The translations under genes were made by a program, and so were the position numbers. Positions 1-10,604 of a DNA stretch of 64,000 nt are shown here, one piece after another. Location of the stretch: the IMG/VR virus record IMGVR_UViG_3300005680_000091; one strand, given 5' to 3'. The stretch comes from an uncultured virus (IMG/VR IMGVR_UViG_3300005680_000091). Taxonomy: Duplodnaviria; Heunggongvirae; Uroviricota; Caudoviricetes. Each line of letters begins with the position of its first letter. Positions within the stretch are counted from its first letter, which is position 1. The notes under the pieces are model-generated. The model saw nothing but the letters and a program-made list of their open reading frames with translations. It made no database searches and was not told the origin of the DNA.

Positions 1-317
1 AAGAGAGTAGAAACAAGGACTTAGGGAGAAAAAAGCGAGGTAGGGCGAGGAGTAGGGGGAGGGTGGGGCAGGTGGGGAGCCTTGGCGGCGTTGCAAAACA
101 CTCGAAAAATCAGCGAGTTGGCGGTGCGGCGTCAAAACCGGTCGGAAGGTTGGCAAGCTGGGCGCACCTTGGGCAGGGAGGGTGGAGCCGGTCGAAAAGG
201 GTGAGAGGATCCACCGGCCATAGTGGGGCCATGGTCCGGAGGCTGAACAGGCGCTAGACCCGCGGTGCGCCGCGTTGTGCTAGGTTTCGGCGCAACTTCG
301 TTGCATCTGGCACACCT

Positions 318-1001
318 ATGAACGCACCCAAACCGAAAGAGCTGACACCAGCGGAGCGCCGTTTCGTCGGGGAGTACCTCGTCGACTTCAACGCCACCGC
401 CGCGCTCATGCGGTGCGGCTGGTCACCCCACACGGCGAACCAGAACTCGGTCTATTTCCTGCGCAAGCCGCACGTCCGTGCCGCCATCGAGAAGGGCATC
501 AAGCGGATGGAGGCGCACAACGTCGTGAGCGCCACTCGGATCCTCGAGGAGGTGCTGCGCATCGCCACCGCAGACCCGCGCCGCGCGATGAACGACGACG
601 GCTCGATGAAGCAGCTCCAGGAACTCGACGAGGACACCGCGCGTGCCGTGGCGTCCCTCGAGGTGGTCACCAAGCCGGGCCGCGGCGACGAGCCGCCCAC
701 GATCACGCACAAGCTCAAGTTCTGGGACAAAGGGCGGGCCACCGATACGCTGCTCAAGAGTCTGGGCAAGCTGATCGACGGGGTGCAGGTGAATAACACC
801 ACGGTGGTGGGCGTCGGGCCGGGTGCGCTCGAGCACGCGCGCATGCTGGAGCTCGAGAACAAGCTGCGCGCCACGCTGGGCCTGGAGCAGGTCGAGGCGC
901 TCGAGCCGGCCGACGAGGTGAGTGCAGCTCCCTCGGATGAGGCTGACGATACCGTCGAAGCGGCTACACCTTCGGATCTCGACGACCCGGCCTTCCTGTG
1001 A
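318..1001 (+). CDS. terS: Terminase small subunit
   Basis: N-terminal LTPAERRFVGEYLVDFNATAALMRCGWS Terminase_2-type HTH and KLKFWDKGRA motif; upstream of terL. Confidence 0.9.
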   Translation: MNAPKPKELTPAERRFVGEYLVDFNATAALMRCGWSPHTANQNSVYFLRKPHVRAAIEKGIKRMEAHNVVSATRILEEVLRIATADPRRAMNDDGSMKQLQELDEDTARAVASLEVVTKPGRGDEPPTITHKLKFWDKGRATDTLLKSLGKLIDGVQVNNTTVVGVGPGALEHARMLELENKLRATLGLEQVEALEPADEVSAAPSDEADDTVEAATPSDLDDPAFL

Positions 1002-1027
1002 CTGTGGCAATTTTACTGGAGCAAACC

Positions 1028-1522
1028 ATGACCTCGATGGCGACGTACTTTGGCACCAAAGTTGTGATGGCACGGCAGATGACTCGCCAGGCATACAACG
1101 ACTACCGTGGGTGGAAGCTGCCGGAGAACGAAAACGGCAGCGACCTTGGATTCCTGGTCGAGTACGTCGACGGAGGAGCTCCCAACGACCCGAGGCACGC
1201 CGGCTACATCAGCTGGAGCCCTCGCGATGTGTTCGAGCGGGCGTACAGACCTACGACCGGGTTAACGTTCGGGGAGGCCCTCGAGGCGCTGAAGATCGGC
1301 AAGTGCGTCGCTCGAGAGGGGTGGAACGCGGCAGGGCAGTTCGTGTATCTGGTTCCCGCAGGCGCATACCCGGCCCAGACCGGGGCAGCCAAACGCGCTT
1401 TCGGTGAGGGAGCCCTCATCCCGTACCGTGCCTACCTCGCGCTGAAGACCGCCCAGGGCGACATTGCGACGTGGGCGCCGAGCGGCAGCGACGCCCTCGC
1501 CGACGACTGGCGCATCGTCTGA
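1028..1522 (+). CDS. DUF2829/Tad2-like sponge domain fused to an N-terminal YxGTK...YxSWSP domain
   Basis: C-half TFGEALEALKIGKCVAREGWN...YLALKT...WAPSGSDALADDW fits DUF2829 (Tad2 family); GGAG RBS before ATG 1028. Confidence 0.8.
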   Translation: MTSMATYFGTKVVMARQMTRQAYNDYRGWKLPENENGSDLGFLVEYVDGGAPNDPRHAGYISWSPRDVFERAYRPTTGLTFGEALEALKIGKCVAREGWNAAGQFVYLVPAGAYPAQTGAAKRAFGEGALIPYRAYLALKTAQGDIATWAPSGSDALADDWRIV

Positions 1523-1536
1523 GGCGTGGTCCGGCT

Positions 1537-3151
1537 GTGAAGCTCAACCCCACGCTGCGCCGCCACCTCTGGGCCTGCCCCTACGAAAAGATCGTGGAGG
1601 CTTGGCGGCTCATCGTCGAGCTGCACGGCAACGAGGGCAAGCGCTGGCTGGGCCGCAACGATCGGTACTACCTCCTGGTGGTCCTGCTGCACCGGCCGGA
1701 CGCGCTGCACCCGTGGCTCTATGAGCGGATGCGCGAGGTCGAGAAGGACCCGGACGGATACCTCGATCTCTGGGCGCGCGAGCACTACAAGAGCACGATC
1801 ATCACCTATGCGGGGATCATTCAGGAGGTCATCCGCGACCCCGAGATCACGATCGGCATCTTCAGCCACACCAAGCCGACCGCGCGCAAGTTCCTGCTGC
1901 AGATCAAGCAGGAATTCGAGAGCAACGAGGAGCTGATCCAGCTCTACCCCGACGTGTTCTTCGAGATCCCCGAACGGCAGAGCTCGAAGTGGTCGGAAGA
2001 GAAGGGCCTCGTGGTGCGCCGGCGCAGCAACCCCAAGGAAGCGACGATCGAGGCGCATGGCCTCGTCGATGGCCAGCCGACCGGCTCGCACTTCCAGCTC
2101 CTCGTGTATGACGACGTGGTGACGCTCGACTCGGTGGGCACGCCCGAGCAGGTGGCCAAGACGACCGCCGCCTGGTCGCTGTCGGACAACCTGGGCGCCC
2201 GGGGCAAGAACGGCAAGATCCGCAAGTGGCACATCGGCACGCGCTACNNNNTACGCCGACAGCTACCACACGATGATGGAGATGGGCGCTGTCAAGCCCC
2301 GGATCTACGCCGCAACGGACAACGGGCTGCCCTCGGGTAAGCCGGTGTTCCTGTCGCCCGAGGCGTGGGCCGAGAAGAAGCGCAACCAGATCGCCAGCGT
2401 GTTAGCTGCCCAGATGCTGCAGAATCCGGCCGCCGGCGCGCAGGCGATGTTCCGAAAGGACTGGCTGCGCTTCGCCGAGGTGCGCCCGGCCACACTCAAC
2501 GTCTATCTGATTTGCGACCCGGCCGGCTCGAAAAAGAAGACCAGCGACTACACAGCGATGGTGGTGATCGGCATCGACGCCGCGGGCAACAAGTGGCTGC
2601 TGGACGGCCGGCGCCACAAGATGAGCCTGGCCGAGCGCTGGGACAACCTGAAAGCGCTGCGCCGCAAGTGGCGTCGCACGCCCGCCGTGCAGCGCGTCGA
2701 GGTCGGTTACGAGCGCTACGGCATGCAGTCGGACATCGAGCACTTCGAGTCCGAGATGAAGCGCGAGGGCGACGTTTGGGAGATCAAGGAGCTCGCCTGG
2801 CCGCGCGAGGGTGGCGGCTCGAAGTTCGATCGCATCCAGCGCCTGGAGCCTGACTTCAAGAATGGCCGGTTCATGCTCCCGGCGGTGGTCTCGAGTGAGA
2901 CGGCCGCTCAGGCTCGCGTGCGGGAAGCCGGGCAGGCGTTCCGGATCTTCACCCCTACGAAGGCGCGCGACCACAAGGGCGACCTGTACTCGCTGAACAA
3001 GGAGTTCCTGACGGAGTACCTCGTCTATCCGTACGCTGTACACGACGACGTTCTCGACGCGATGAGCCGGATCTACGACATGGACCCGCAGCCGCCGGTG
3101 ATCGTCGATGAGAGGGCGCTGGAGCCCGAGATCTACGCGGACGGGCTGTGA
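1537..3151 (+). CDS. terL: Terminase large subunit (frame broken only at NNNN gap 2248-2251)
   Basis: Walker A-like WAREHYKS, Walker B LLVYDD, IGTRY coupling motif, nuclease LICDPA and HDDVLDA; the two ORFs join across the Ns. Confidence 0.9.
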
Positions 3152-3152
3152 C

Positions 3153-3326
3153 ATGGAAGACGCAATCGAATGGCATGTGGTCCCGCGAGGCGATGTCCGC
3201 GAGCACGAGACCGCGCCGAGCTGCTGGTGCGACCCCGTCGAAGACGACGAGGAGCCCGGGCTGTGGCTGCACAACAGCGCTGACGACCGTGAAGCCTTCG
3301 AGCAGGGCACGAGGAAACCATCATGA
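3153..3326 (+). CDS. Small His/Cys-rich phage protein
   Basis: HVVPRGDVREH...CWCDP...LHNSADDRE; tightly packed after terL. Confidence 0.6.
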   Translation: MEDAIEWHVVPRGDVREHETAPSCWCDPVEDDEEPGLWLHNSADDREAFEQGTRKPS

Positions 3327-3520
3327 GCTTTGACCCGAACACGCCGCTGCCGGCCGACCGCAAGGTCCGCACCTCGAAGCGGTTGTGGTCCGACGTGGTG
3401 GGGGAAGCCGAAGCCGAGGCCGGCATCACTGCGCCGAAGAGCCAAGAGCCCGGCTACCGCTGGTCGAACGGGCGCACGCACCGCAGCGGCAAGGGGGCGG
3501 CCGATGGCAGCCACGGCTGA
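3323..3520 (+). CDS. Hypothetical protein
   Basis: ATGA overlap with the previous gene. Confidence 0.5.
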   Translation: MSFDPNTPLPADRKVRTSKRLWSDVVGEAEAEAGITAPKSQEPGYRWSNGRTHRSGKGAADGSHG

Positions 3521-3647
3521 GGCCCGATACGCGGCACTGCCCGCATCGATCCGGGCGATCTACAGCTATGACGAGTGGGTCTGGCTGACCGACCAACAGA
3601 AAGACCGCCTCGAGCTGGCGGAAACCGAACCGGAGTGGGACCAATGA
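3504..3647 (+). CDS. Small hypothetical protein
   Basis: Overlapping start/stop coupling with neighbours. Confidence 0.45.
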   Translation: MAATAEARYAALPASIRAIYSYDEWVWLTDQQKDRLELAETEPEWDQ

Positions 3648-3883
3648 CCGAGACCCTGTTGCCGTATCAGCAGCGCGTGGTGGATGAAAAGGCCGAACTC
3701 GACCAGAAGCTGGACGCCCTGCACGCGTTTCAGGACGGACCGCTGTTTCCGCGGCTGACCAGTGCCGAGCAGGCGCGCATGAACTTGCAGGCGCACTACA
3801 TGGCCCGCTACTCGGAGATCCTGGGCGAGCGAATCGCTGCGTTTCAGCGGGACGCCGAGACGGCCGCGAGGAGCGTGGCATGA
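3644..3883 (+). CDS. crAss001_48 / T4 DenB.1(Y16Q)-like helical protein, Sequestin-type sponge candidate
   Basis: LPYQQRVVDEKAELDQKLDALHAF...QAHYMARYSEILGERIAAF pattern. Confidence 0.7.
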   Translation: MTETLLPYQQRVVDEKAELDQKLDALHAFQDGPLFPRLTSAEQARMNLQAHYMARYSEILGERIAAFQRDAETAARSVA

Positions 3884-4224
3884 GCGACATCCTGATGACC
3901 GACCAGCCGCAGGTCGCCGCGAGCGACATGGTGCTGGCGAAGAACATGGCCGAGCTGCTGCACAAGCACTACCCGGGGCATTTGTGGGCGGTGACGTGTG
4001 AGAACGGCCTGGCCACGGTGCGCAACCTGTACCTGTCGGGCCAGTGGGCCTTCGTGATCAAGGTCGGACAGCAATACTCGATCAGCGCCTTCGACAAGGC
4101 GATCGTGCGCGCCGGCGGCGAGCTCCTTGAGCGCTACCGGCTCAGTCGCGGCGCCTTCAGCGACGCCCAGTATCACGACATCAAGACCGACATCGCCGGC
4201 AACCTGCTGGCCGACAAGAGCTGA
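3880..4224 (+). CDS. Hypothetical phage protein upstream of portal
   Basis: LHKHYPGHLWAV...RAGGELLERY; ATGA overlap. Confidence 0.6.
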   Translation: MSDILMTDQPQVAASDMVLAKNMAELLHKHYPGHLWAVTCENGLATVRNLYLSGQWAFVIKVGQQYSISAFDKAIVRAGGELLERYRLSRGAFSDAQYHDIKTDIAGNLLADKS

Positions 4225-4226
4225 CC

Positions 4227-6404
4227 ATGCAAGACACCGACGAGATGCAGGCTGAGGCAGGCCTGGCCGAGATCAACACGCCTCTGCTGGCCGACGACGA
4301 GCCTGGCGCCGCCTACCCGGAGATCGACTGGCTGGGGCGGGCGGATGCGGCCTATTCGGCGAGCACCGACTACTTCGACGCGAACGTGCGCGCGGAACTC
4401 GAGGCGGCGCTGCGCCAGTTCAACAGCGAGCACCCCGTCGGTTCGAAGTACCTGTCCGACGCGTACCGGGGCCGTGCCAGGGGTTTCCGGCCGAAGACAC
4501 GGTCCGCGGTGACGAAGTACGAAGCCACCGCCGCCGAGGCGCTGTTCTCAAGCTACGACGTAGTGGACGTGCAGGCGCTGGACAAGGACGACCCGCTGCA
4601 GGTCGAGGCGGCCAGCTTCGCCAAGCACCTGCTGCAGATTCGGCTCACCAGCTCGATCCCGTGGTTCATGGTAGCGATGGGCGCGTTCCAGGACGCCACC
4701 GTGGCCGGCATCGTGGTGTCCAAACAGTCCTGGATGCTGGATGAGCGCCGAGGCATCGATCGCCCCGACGTCGAGCTGGTGCCGGTGGAGAATTTCCGCT
4801 TCGACCCGGCGGCGAACTGGATGGACCCGGTGGGCACCAGTCCCTACCTCGTGCATCTCCTGCCGATGTACATCAAGGACGTGAAGGCGCGCGTCAAGCA
4901 AGGCACCTGGCTGCCGGTGGCCGAGTCCGAGATCCAGGCCAGCGCATCACGTCAGCTCGACTCGATCCGCTCGGCGCGCACCGGAGACCGGGCCGAGGCG
5001 ACGGACAACACCGTGGCGGTGACCGACTACTCGATCGTGTGGGTGCATGAGAACATCATCGAGGAGGACGGGCAGGATTGGATCTACTACACCCTGGGCA
5101 CCACGATCCTGCTCTCCGACCCGGTGCCCCTCGAGGTGAAGTACCCGCAAGGCCGCCCCTTCGTGGTCGGCTCCTCGATCGTGGAGGCGCACAAGGTCTA
5201 TCCGTCGGGCCTGCCCAAGCTCACCCGCGACGCCCAGGCCGAGGCTAACGACCTTGCCAACCTGCGCCGCGACAACATCAACTTCGTGCTGAACAAGCGC
5301 TACTTCGTGAAGCGCGGCAAGCAGGTCGATCTGCGCAGCCTCACCCGCAACGTGCCGGGCTCGGCCACCCTGATGGACGACCCGGATGGCGACGTGAAGG
5401 TGGCCGAGACTGCGGATGTGACCAGCTCGAGCTACCAGGAGCAGGACCGCCTGAACCTGGACTTCGACGAGGTGGCCGGCGTCTTCTCGGGCTCGAGCGT
5501 GCAATCGAACCGGCGCCTGAACGAGACCGTCGGAGGCATGAACATCCTGACCGGCAACTCGGACAAGGTGACCAACTACCGGCTGCGCACCTTCGTCGAG
5601 AGCTGGGTCGAGCCGGTGATGCGCCAGATCCTCAAGCTCGAGCGTGCCTTCGAGACCGACAACGTGTTGATGAGGCGCGCCGCAGTGCAGGCGAACCTGC
5701 CCGCCGAGCTGGCCAACCCCGACGTGCTCTACATGCTGCTCGAGGGCGACGTGATGCTGAACGTGAACGTCGGCATGAGCGCGACCAACCCGACCGAGCG
5801 GATCAACATGCTGCTGACCGCGCTGCGGGCGATCAAGGAAGCGCTGGCCGACGGCACGCTGCTGAAGTTCGGACTGGACGCCGGCACGGTGATCAAGGAG
5901 GTTTTCGCGGGCATCGGCTACCGGGACGGCTCGCGCTTCTTCTCGCGCGCCGACGACCCGACGGTGCAGGCGCTGCAATCGCAGGTCGAGGAGCTGCAGC
6001 AGGCGCTCTCCGTCAAGCAGTCGCCCGAGCTCATCGCTGCCCAGGTGCAGAAGCTCGTCGCCGAGACCGAGAAGGTGCTGGCCGACAAGGTGCAGACCGG
6101 GGTCCAGGCAGCCTACTCCGCGATGCAGGCAGGGCAGGTCATCGCCGCGGCGCCTGCGGTGGCGCCGATCGCCGACGAGATCCTGGCCGGCGCGGGCTAC
6201 CAGGACGCCGGCGGCGCCGACCCCAACTTCCCGCAGCCGGCCGGACCGGTTGCCGGGCTGGTGCAGGGTGACATCCGCAACCGGCGCACCGGCATCGAGT
6301 TCAACCCGTCGGGCCAACCCAACACCGACCCGATGACCGCGCCGTCGCCCAACACAGGGCAGGCGGCCGGCATCGAGACGCAACGCAATGACGGGGTGCT
6401 GTGA
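4227..6404 (+). CDS. Portal protein
   Basis: 725 aa between terL and scaffold; FRPKTRS, ENFRFDPAA, NETVGGMNIL motifs of podovirus portals. Confidence 0.85.
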   Translation: MQDTDEMQAEAGLAEINTPLLADDEPGAAYPEIDWLGRADAAYSASTDYFDANVRAELEAALRQFNSEHPVGSKYLSDAYRGRARGFRPKTRSAVTKYEATAAEALFSSYDVVDVQALDKDDPLQVEAASFAKHLLQIRLTSSIPWFMVAMGAFQDATVAGIVVSKQSWMLDERRGIDRPDVELVPVENFRFDPAANWMDPVGTSPYLVHLLPMYIKDVKARVKQGTWLPVAESEIQASASRQLDSIRSARTGDRAEATDNTVAVTDYSIVWVHENIIEEDGQDWIYYTLGTTILLSDPVPLEVKYPQGRPFVVGSSIVEAHKVYPSGLPKLTRDAQAEANDLANLRRDNINFVLNKRYFVKRGKQVDLRSLTRNVPGSATLMDDPDGDVKVAETADVTSSSYQEQDRLNLDFDEVAGVFSGSSVQSNRRLNETVGGMNILTGNSDKVTNYRLRTFVESWVEPVMRQILKLERAFETDNVLMRRAAVQANLPAELANPDVLYMLLEGDVMLNVNVGMSATNPTERINMLLTALRAIKEALADGTLLKFGLDAGTVIKEVFAGIGYRDGSRFFSRADDPTVQALQSQVEELQQALSVKQSPELIAAQVQKLVAETEKVLADKVQTGVQAAYSAMQAGQVIAAAPAVAPIADEILAGAGYQDAGGADPNFPQPAGPVAGLVQGDIRNRRTGIEFNPSGQPNTDPMTAPSPNTGQAAGIETQRNDGVL

Positions 6405-6688
6405 TGCTCAACGAACGCGACGAGATGCAGCGCCTGATCGCACTGGGCTTCTCGGCCGAGGATTTTCTCAGCTCCGACCTGGGAAAATTCATCGCCGAAA
6501 AGGCCGAAGCGGAAAGAACTTCCGCAATTGAGGAACTTATTTCCTGTAGTCCGTTTGACGGTGAGACCATCTCACGTCTTCAATCGCGGGTAGCCGTCGC
6601 GGATGCCGCGATGCAGTGGCTGGCCGACGCGATCATCCTTGGGCAAGAGGCCCAGGAGCGGATGCGCCAGCTCGATCAAACGGACTGA
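6401..6688 (+). CDS. Small head-associated hypothetical protein
   Basis: Helical 95-aa ORF between portal and scaffold. Confidence 0.6.
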   Translation: MMLNERDEMQRLIALGFSAEDFLSSDLGKFIAEKAEAERTSAIEELISCSPFDGETISRLQSRVAVADAAMQWLADAIILGQEAQERMRQLDQTD

Positions 6689-6699
6689 AGGAGCCCACG

Positions 6700-7785
6700 A
6701 TGGACGACGAACTGAACCAGGACCAGGTCACCAACGAGGCGCCGGCCGCCGAGACCAGCGAGCCGGTACGCTCGCCCCGCGAACTCGCGATGGAGCAGGT
6801 CATCGCCTCGCGCAAGGCGGCCGAGGCTGCCGAACTCGAGCAGCACCGCCAGGATCTGAAGTCGCAGGGCCTGCCCGTCCCGGAAGAGGGGAGTCCAGCT
6901 CCCTCGGCGGGCGAGGAAGGCGACGACGACGCGCTGCAGCGCGAGCTTCAAGCGGAGCAGGCGGCCCCGAAGCCCAAGCTGGTGGAAGACCTCGACCAGA
7001 CGCTGGTCAAGATCAAGGTCGACGGCGTCGAGCGCGAAGTGCCGCTGGCTGAGCTGGTCCGTACCGCCCAGAAGCACGAGGCGGCCGACAAGCGCCTGGC
7101 CGAGGCCACGCGTCTGCTGCAGGAAGCCGAGGCCAAGCGCCGAGAAGCTGAAGCGCCGCAGCAAGCACAGCCGGCGCCGGCCGCGCAAGCCCCTGAACAA
7201 GCGAAACCTGACAGCTCCGACAAGGTGCGGCAGGATCGCGAACAGAAAGCCAAGGAGTTCCTCGAAGCCATGTTCCACGGTGACGAGGACCGAGCGACCC
7301 AGATCCTCGCAGGCCTGATGCCGGAAAGCCCACCTCCCCAGGAGACGGCTACCCGGGCACCGGACCCGGAAGAGCTGGCCGCCCAGGTCGAAGCCTCCTT
7401 GGAGCGTCGCAGTGCGCTGAAGCAGTTTGCCTCTGCCTACCCGGAAGTGCTGAAGGACACCGATCTTGCAGCCCTCGCCGACATGAAGCTGGCCCGACGT
7501 CTCGCCCAAGGTGAGCCGTTCTCCCAGGCCCTCATGTCGATCGGCGAAGAGCTCTACACCAAGACCGGCCTGAAGACGCCCGCGGCGGCAACCCAGGAAA
7601 CGCCCCCGGCCACCCCGTCGCAGACTGAACGCGTGGAACGCAAGAAGGCTGCGGACCCGGTCCGTGGTCGCAGTGCCAGCACCGCTTCGACCCAGGAAGC
7701 GCCGCCGTCACCCTCCGACGTCATCAAGCAGATGCAGGAGGCCCGGATGCGTGGTCGATGGAACGGTCAGCAGGCACGACGCTAA
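6700..7785 (+). CDS. Capsid scaffolding protein
   Basis: Acidic coiled-coil with VKIKVDGVEREVPLAEL; GAAGGAG RBS; precedes the capsid gene. Confidence 0.8.
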   Translation: MDDELNQDQVTNEAPAAETSEPVRSPRELAMEQVIASRKAAEAAELEQHRQDLKSQGLPVPEEGSPAPSAGEEGDDDALQRELQAEQAAPKPKLVEDLDQTLVKIKVDGVEREVPLAELVRTAQKHEAADKRLAEATRLLQEAEAKRREAEAPQQAQPAPAAQAPEQAKPDSSDKVRQDREQKAKEFLEAMFHGDEDRATQILAGLMPESPPPQETATRAPDPEELAAQVEASLERRSALKQFASAYPEVLKDTDLAALADMKLARRLAQGEPFSQALMSIGEELYTKTGLKTPAAATQETPPATPSQTERVERKKAADPVRGRSASTASTQEAPPSPSDVIKQMQEARMRGRWNGQQARR

Positions 7786-7810
7786 CCAATCTGCATAAGG
7801 AATCAGAATC

Positions 7811-8779
7811 ATGGCTGGACAACTTTGGAGCACCAACACCCTCGGCGGCTACATGAGTTCCGAGAAGCTGTCGCGCGTTCTGCGCTTCGCCCTGCAGCCG
7901 CTGGTGAAGTTCCGCCAGTTCGCCGACATCAAGGATGCCGCGGGTCAAGGCAAGAACAAGGGCGACAGCTACCAGTGGAACGTGTATTCGGACGTCGCGA
8001 CCCAGGGCACCACCCTGGCCGAAGCGACCGCGATGCCCGAGACCAACTTCACGATCGCCCAGCGCTCGCTGACCATCACCGAGATGGGCAACTCGGTTCC
8101 CTACACCGGCAAGCTGGATGACCTGTCCGAGCACCCGGTGACCGAGATCATCAACAAGGTGCTCAAGAACGACGCGAAGAAGGCCTTCGACGCGGCGGTC
8201 TATGCCCAGTTCAACGCCACCCCGCTGGTCGTCTCGCCCACGGGCGGCAACTCGACCTCCGCGGTCTCGCTGGCCACCGACGGTGTCGCACCGACGGTGA
8301 ACGGGGTCGCGCTGGGCAAGGACCACATCAAGGCGATCGTCGACATCATGAAGGAACGGAACATCCCGGCCTACGTGAATGACGACTACATCTCGATGGG
8401 CCACCCGAGCACCTTCCGCAAGCTCAAGAACGACCTCGAGGCGATCCATCTGTACGTCGATACCGGCTTCCAGATGATCCTCAACGGCGAGATCGGCCGC
8501 TACGAGTCGGTGCGCTTCGTCGAGCAGACCAACATCGCGAAGGACACCACCAACTTCGCAGCGGGCCTGTCGAACTGGGCCTTCTTCTTCGGCGCCGACA
8601 CGGTGGCGGAGGCGATTGCGGTGCCCGAAGAGATGCGCGGCAAGATCCCGACCGACTACGGCCGCAGCCGTGGTGTGGCCTGGTACTACCTGGGCGGCTT
8701 CGGCATCGTGCATCCGCGTGACGACAGCGACGGTTCGAAGAACGCGCGCATCGTGAAGTGGGGCTCCAAGCCGGCTTAA
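7811..8779 (+). CDS. Major capsid protein (N4-gp56-like family)
   Basis: KFRQFAD, ITEMGNSVPYT, GEIGRYESVRFVE, DYGRSRGVAWY; strong TAAGGA RBS. Confidence 0.85.
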   Translation: MAGQLWSTNTLGGYMSSEKLSRVLRFALQPLVKFRQFADIKDAAGQGKNKGDSYQWNVYSDVATQGTTLAEATAMPETNFTIAQRSLTITEMGNSVPYTGKLDDLSEHPVTEIINKVLKNDAKKAFDAAVYAQFNATPLVVSPTGGNSTSAVSLATDGVAPTVNGVALGKDHIKAIVDIMKERNIPAYVNDDYISMGHPSTFRKLKNDLEAIHLYVDTGFQMILNGEIGRYESVRFVEQTNIAKDTTNFAAGLSNWAFFFGADTVAEAIAVPEEMRGKIPTDYGRSRGVAWYYLGGFGIVHPRDDSDGSKNARIVKWGSKPA

Positions 8780-8834
8780 TGCGTGACGAAGGGGAGCCAG
8801 GCTCCCCTTCTTCCCGCGGACACAGGAGACCGCA

Positions 8835-9603
<769 letters not shown>

Positions 9604-9606
9604 GCG

Positions 9607-10266
9607 ATGAACCTGGCCGAGATGATCCAGGTGGCCCGGGAGGATTGGCTCCTGGACACCGCGAAACCGTACCTGTGGTCCGACGACCAGATCCGGCGCG
9701 CGATCAACGGAGCCCTGGTCGATGCGTGCCGGAGGGGGCGGCTGATCGTCGACGCCAGCACCTTCACTCTGAGCTTCGACGGCCCGAGCTCGGTACCGCT
9801 GGACGAGCGGGTGATCTTCATCCGCCGCGCCATCGTCACCGGCGCGAGCCGGCCGCTGCGTCGCGCATCGATCAAGGATCTCGACGAGAAGCGCCCAGGT
9901 TGGGAAGACGAGGTGGGCGAGCCGACACACTACGTGGTGGACGCCGAGACGATGGCGGTGCGCCTCTTCCCGGCGGCTGATGGCATCATGCCGATCGAAG
10001 TGCGACTGACCGTGGTGCGCGAGCCGCTGGCGCCGCTCGAGGTGGACAGCGACCGGCCGGAGATCCCGACCCGCTACCACGGCGCACTGCTGCACGGCGC
10101 GTGCAAGCGCCTCTTCCAGAAGCCAGACGCGGATGCTGAGGATCAGCGCCGGGCCGCCTACCACGAGGCCGAGTTCGAGGCTGAGTTCGGCAAGAAGTCC
10201 GCGGCCATCGACGAGGTGTGGATCCGCGAGAACTACGAGGCCGCCGCGCTCGAGGGGGTGTTCTGA
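9607..10266 (+). CDS. Head-tail adaptor / tail tubular A-like protein
   Basis: PYLWSDDQI, GEPTHY, RLFP, PEIPTRYHGAL motifs. Confidence 0.7.
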   Translation: MNLAEMIQVAREDWLLDTAKPYLWSDDQIRRAINGALVDACRRGRLIVDASTFTLSFDGPSSVPLDERVIFIRRAIVTGASRPLRRASIKDLDEKRPGWEDEVGEPTHYVVDAETMAVRLFPAADGIMPIEVRLTVVREPLAPLEVDSDRPEIPTRYHGALLHGACKRLFQKPDADAEDQRRAAYHEAEFEAEFGKKSAAIDEVWIRENYEAAALEGVF

Positions 10267-10604
10267 TGCCCGATTCTGACATCAACGTGGTCATCACGCG
10301 CCTCGGGCTCCTCTCGGACGACGTGGGCGAACTCAAAGAGACGCTTCGCCAGATTGCGACGGCAGTGACCCGCCTCGCCCTGGTTGAAGAACGGCAGTCG
10401 CAGACCAACGAAGCGCTCTCACGGGCGTTCAAGCAGATCGACAAGGTCGAGCTGAAGCTGACTGGTGTCGAGCAGCGGCTTGTGTCGTTGGAGCGTTTGC
10501 AGCCGCAGCAGCAGCAGACAAGCGCCTGGGTGACGACGATGTTGTGGGCCACAGCCGGCGCCGCCGTGATGTTCGTCGCCAAGAAGGTGGGGATTTTGCC
10601 ATGA
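10266..10604 (+). CDS. Holin-like protein (coiled-coil plus C-terminal TM)
   Basis: WVTTMLWATAGAAVMFVAKK hydrophobic segment; directly upstream of endolysin. Confidence 0.6.
   Translation: MPDSDINVVITRLGLLSDDVGELKETLRQIATAVTRLALVEERQSQTNEALSRAFKQIDKVELKLTGVEQRLVSLERLQPQQQQTSAWVTTMLWATAGAAVMFVAKKVGILP

Noticed and set aside
255..265. TAGACCCGCGG resembling the unit-1 dinucleotide string as a self-target
   Set aside because: Needs an insertion and covers only ~10 nt, so chance level; no convincing self-target seen by eye, but the search was not exhaustive
2248..2251. Apparent split or frameshifted terL
   Set aside because: The frame change coincides with NNNN, so it is an assembly gap rather than biology
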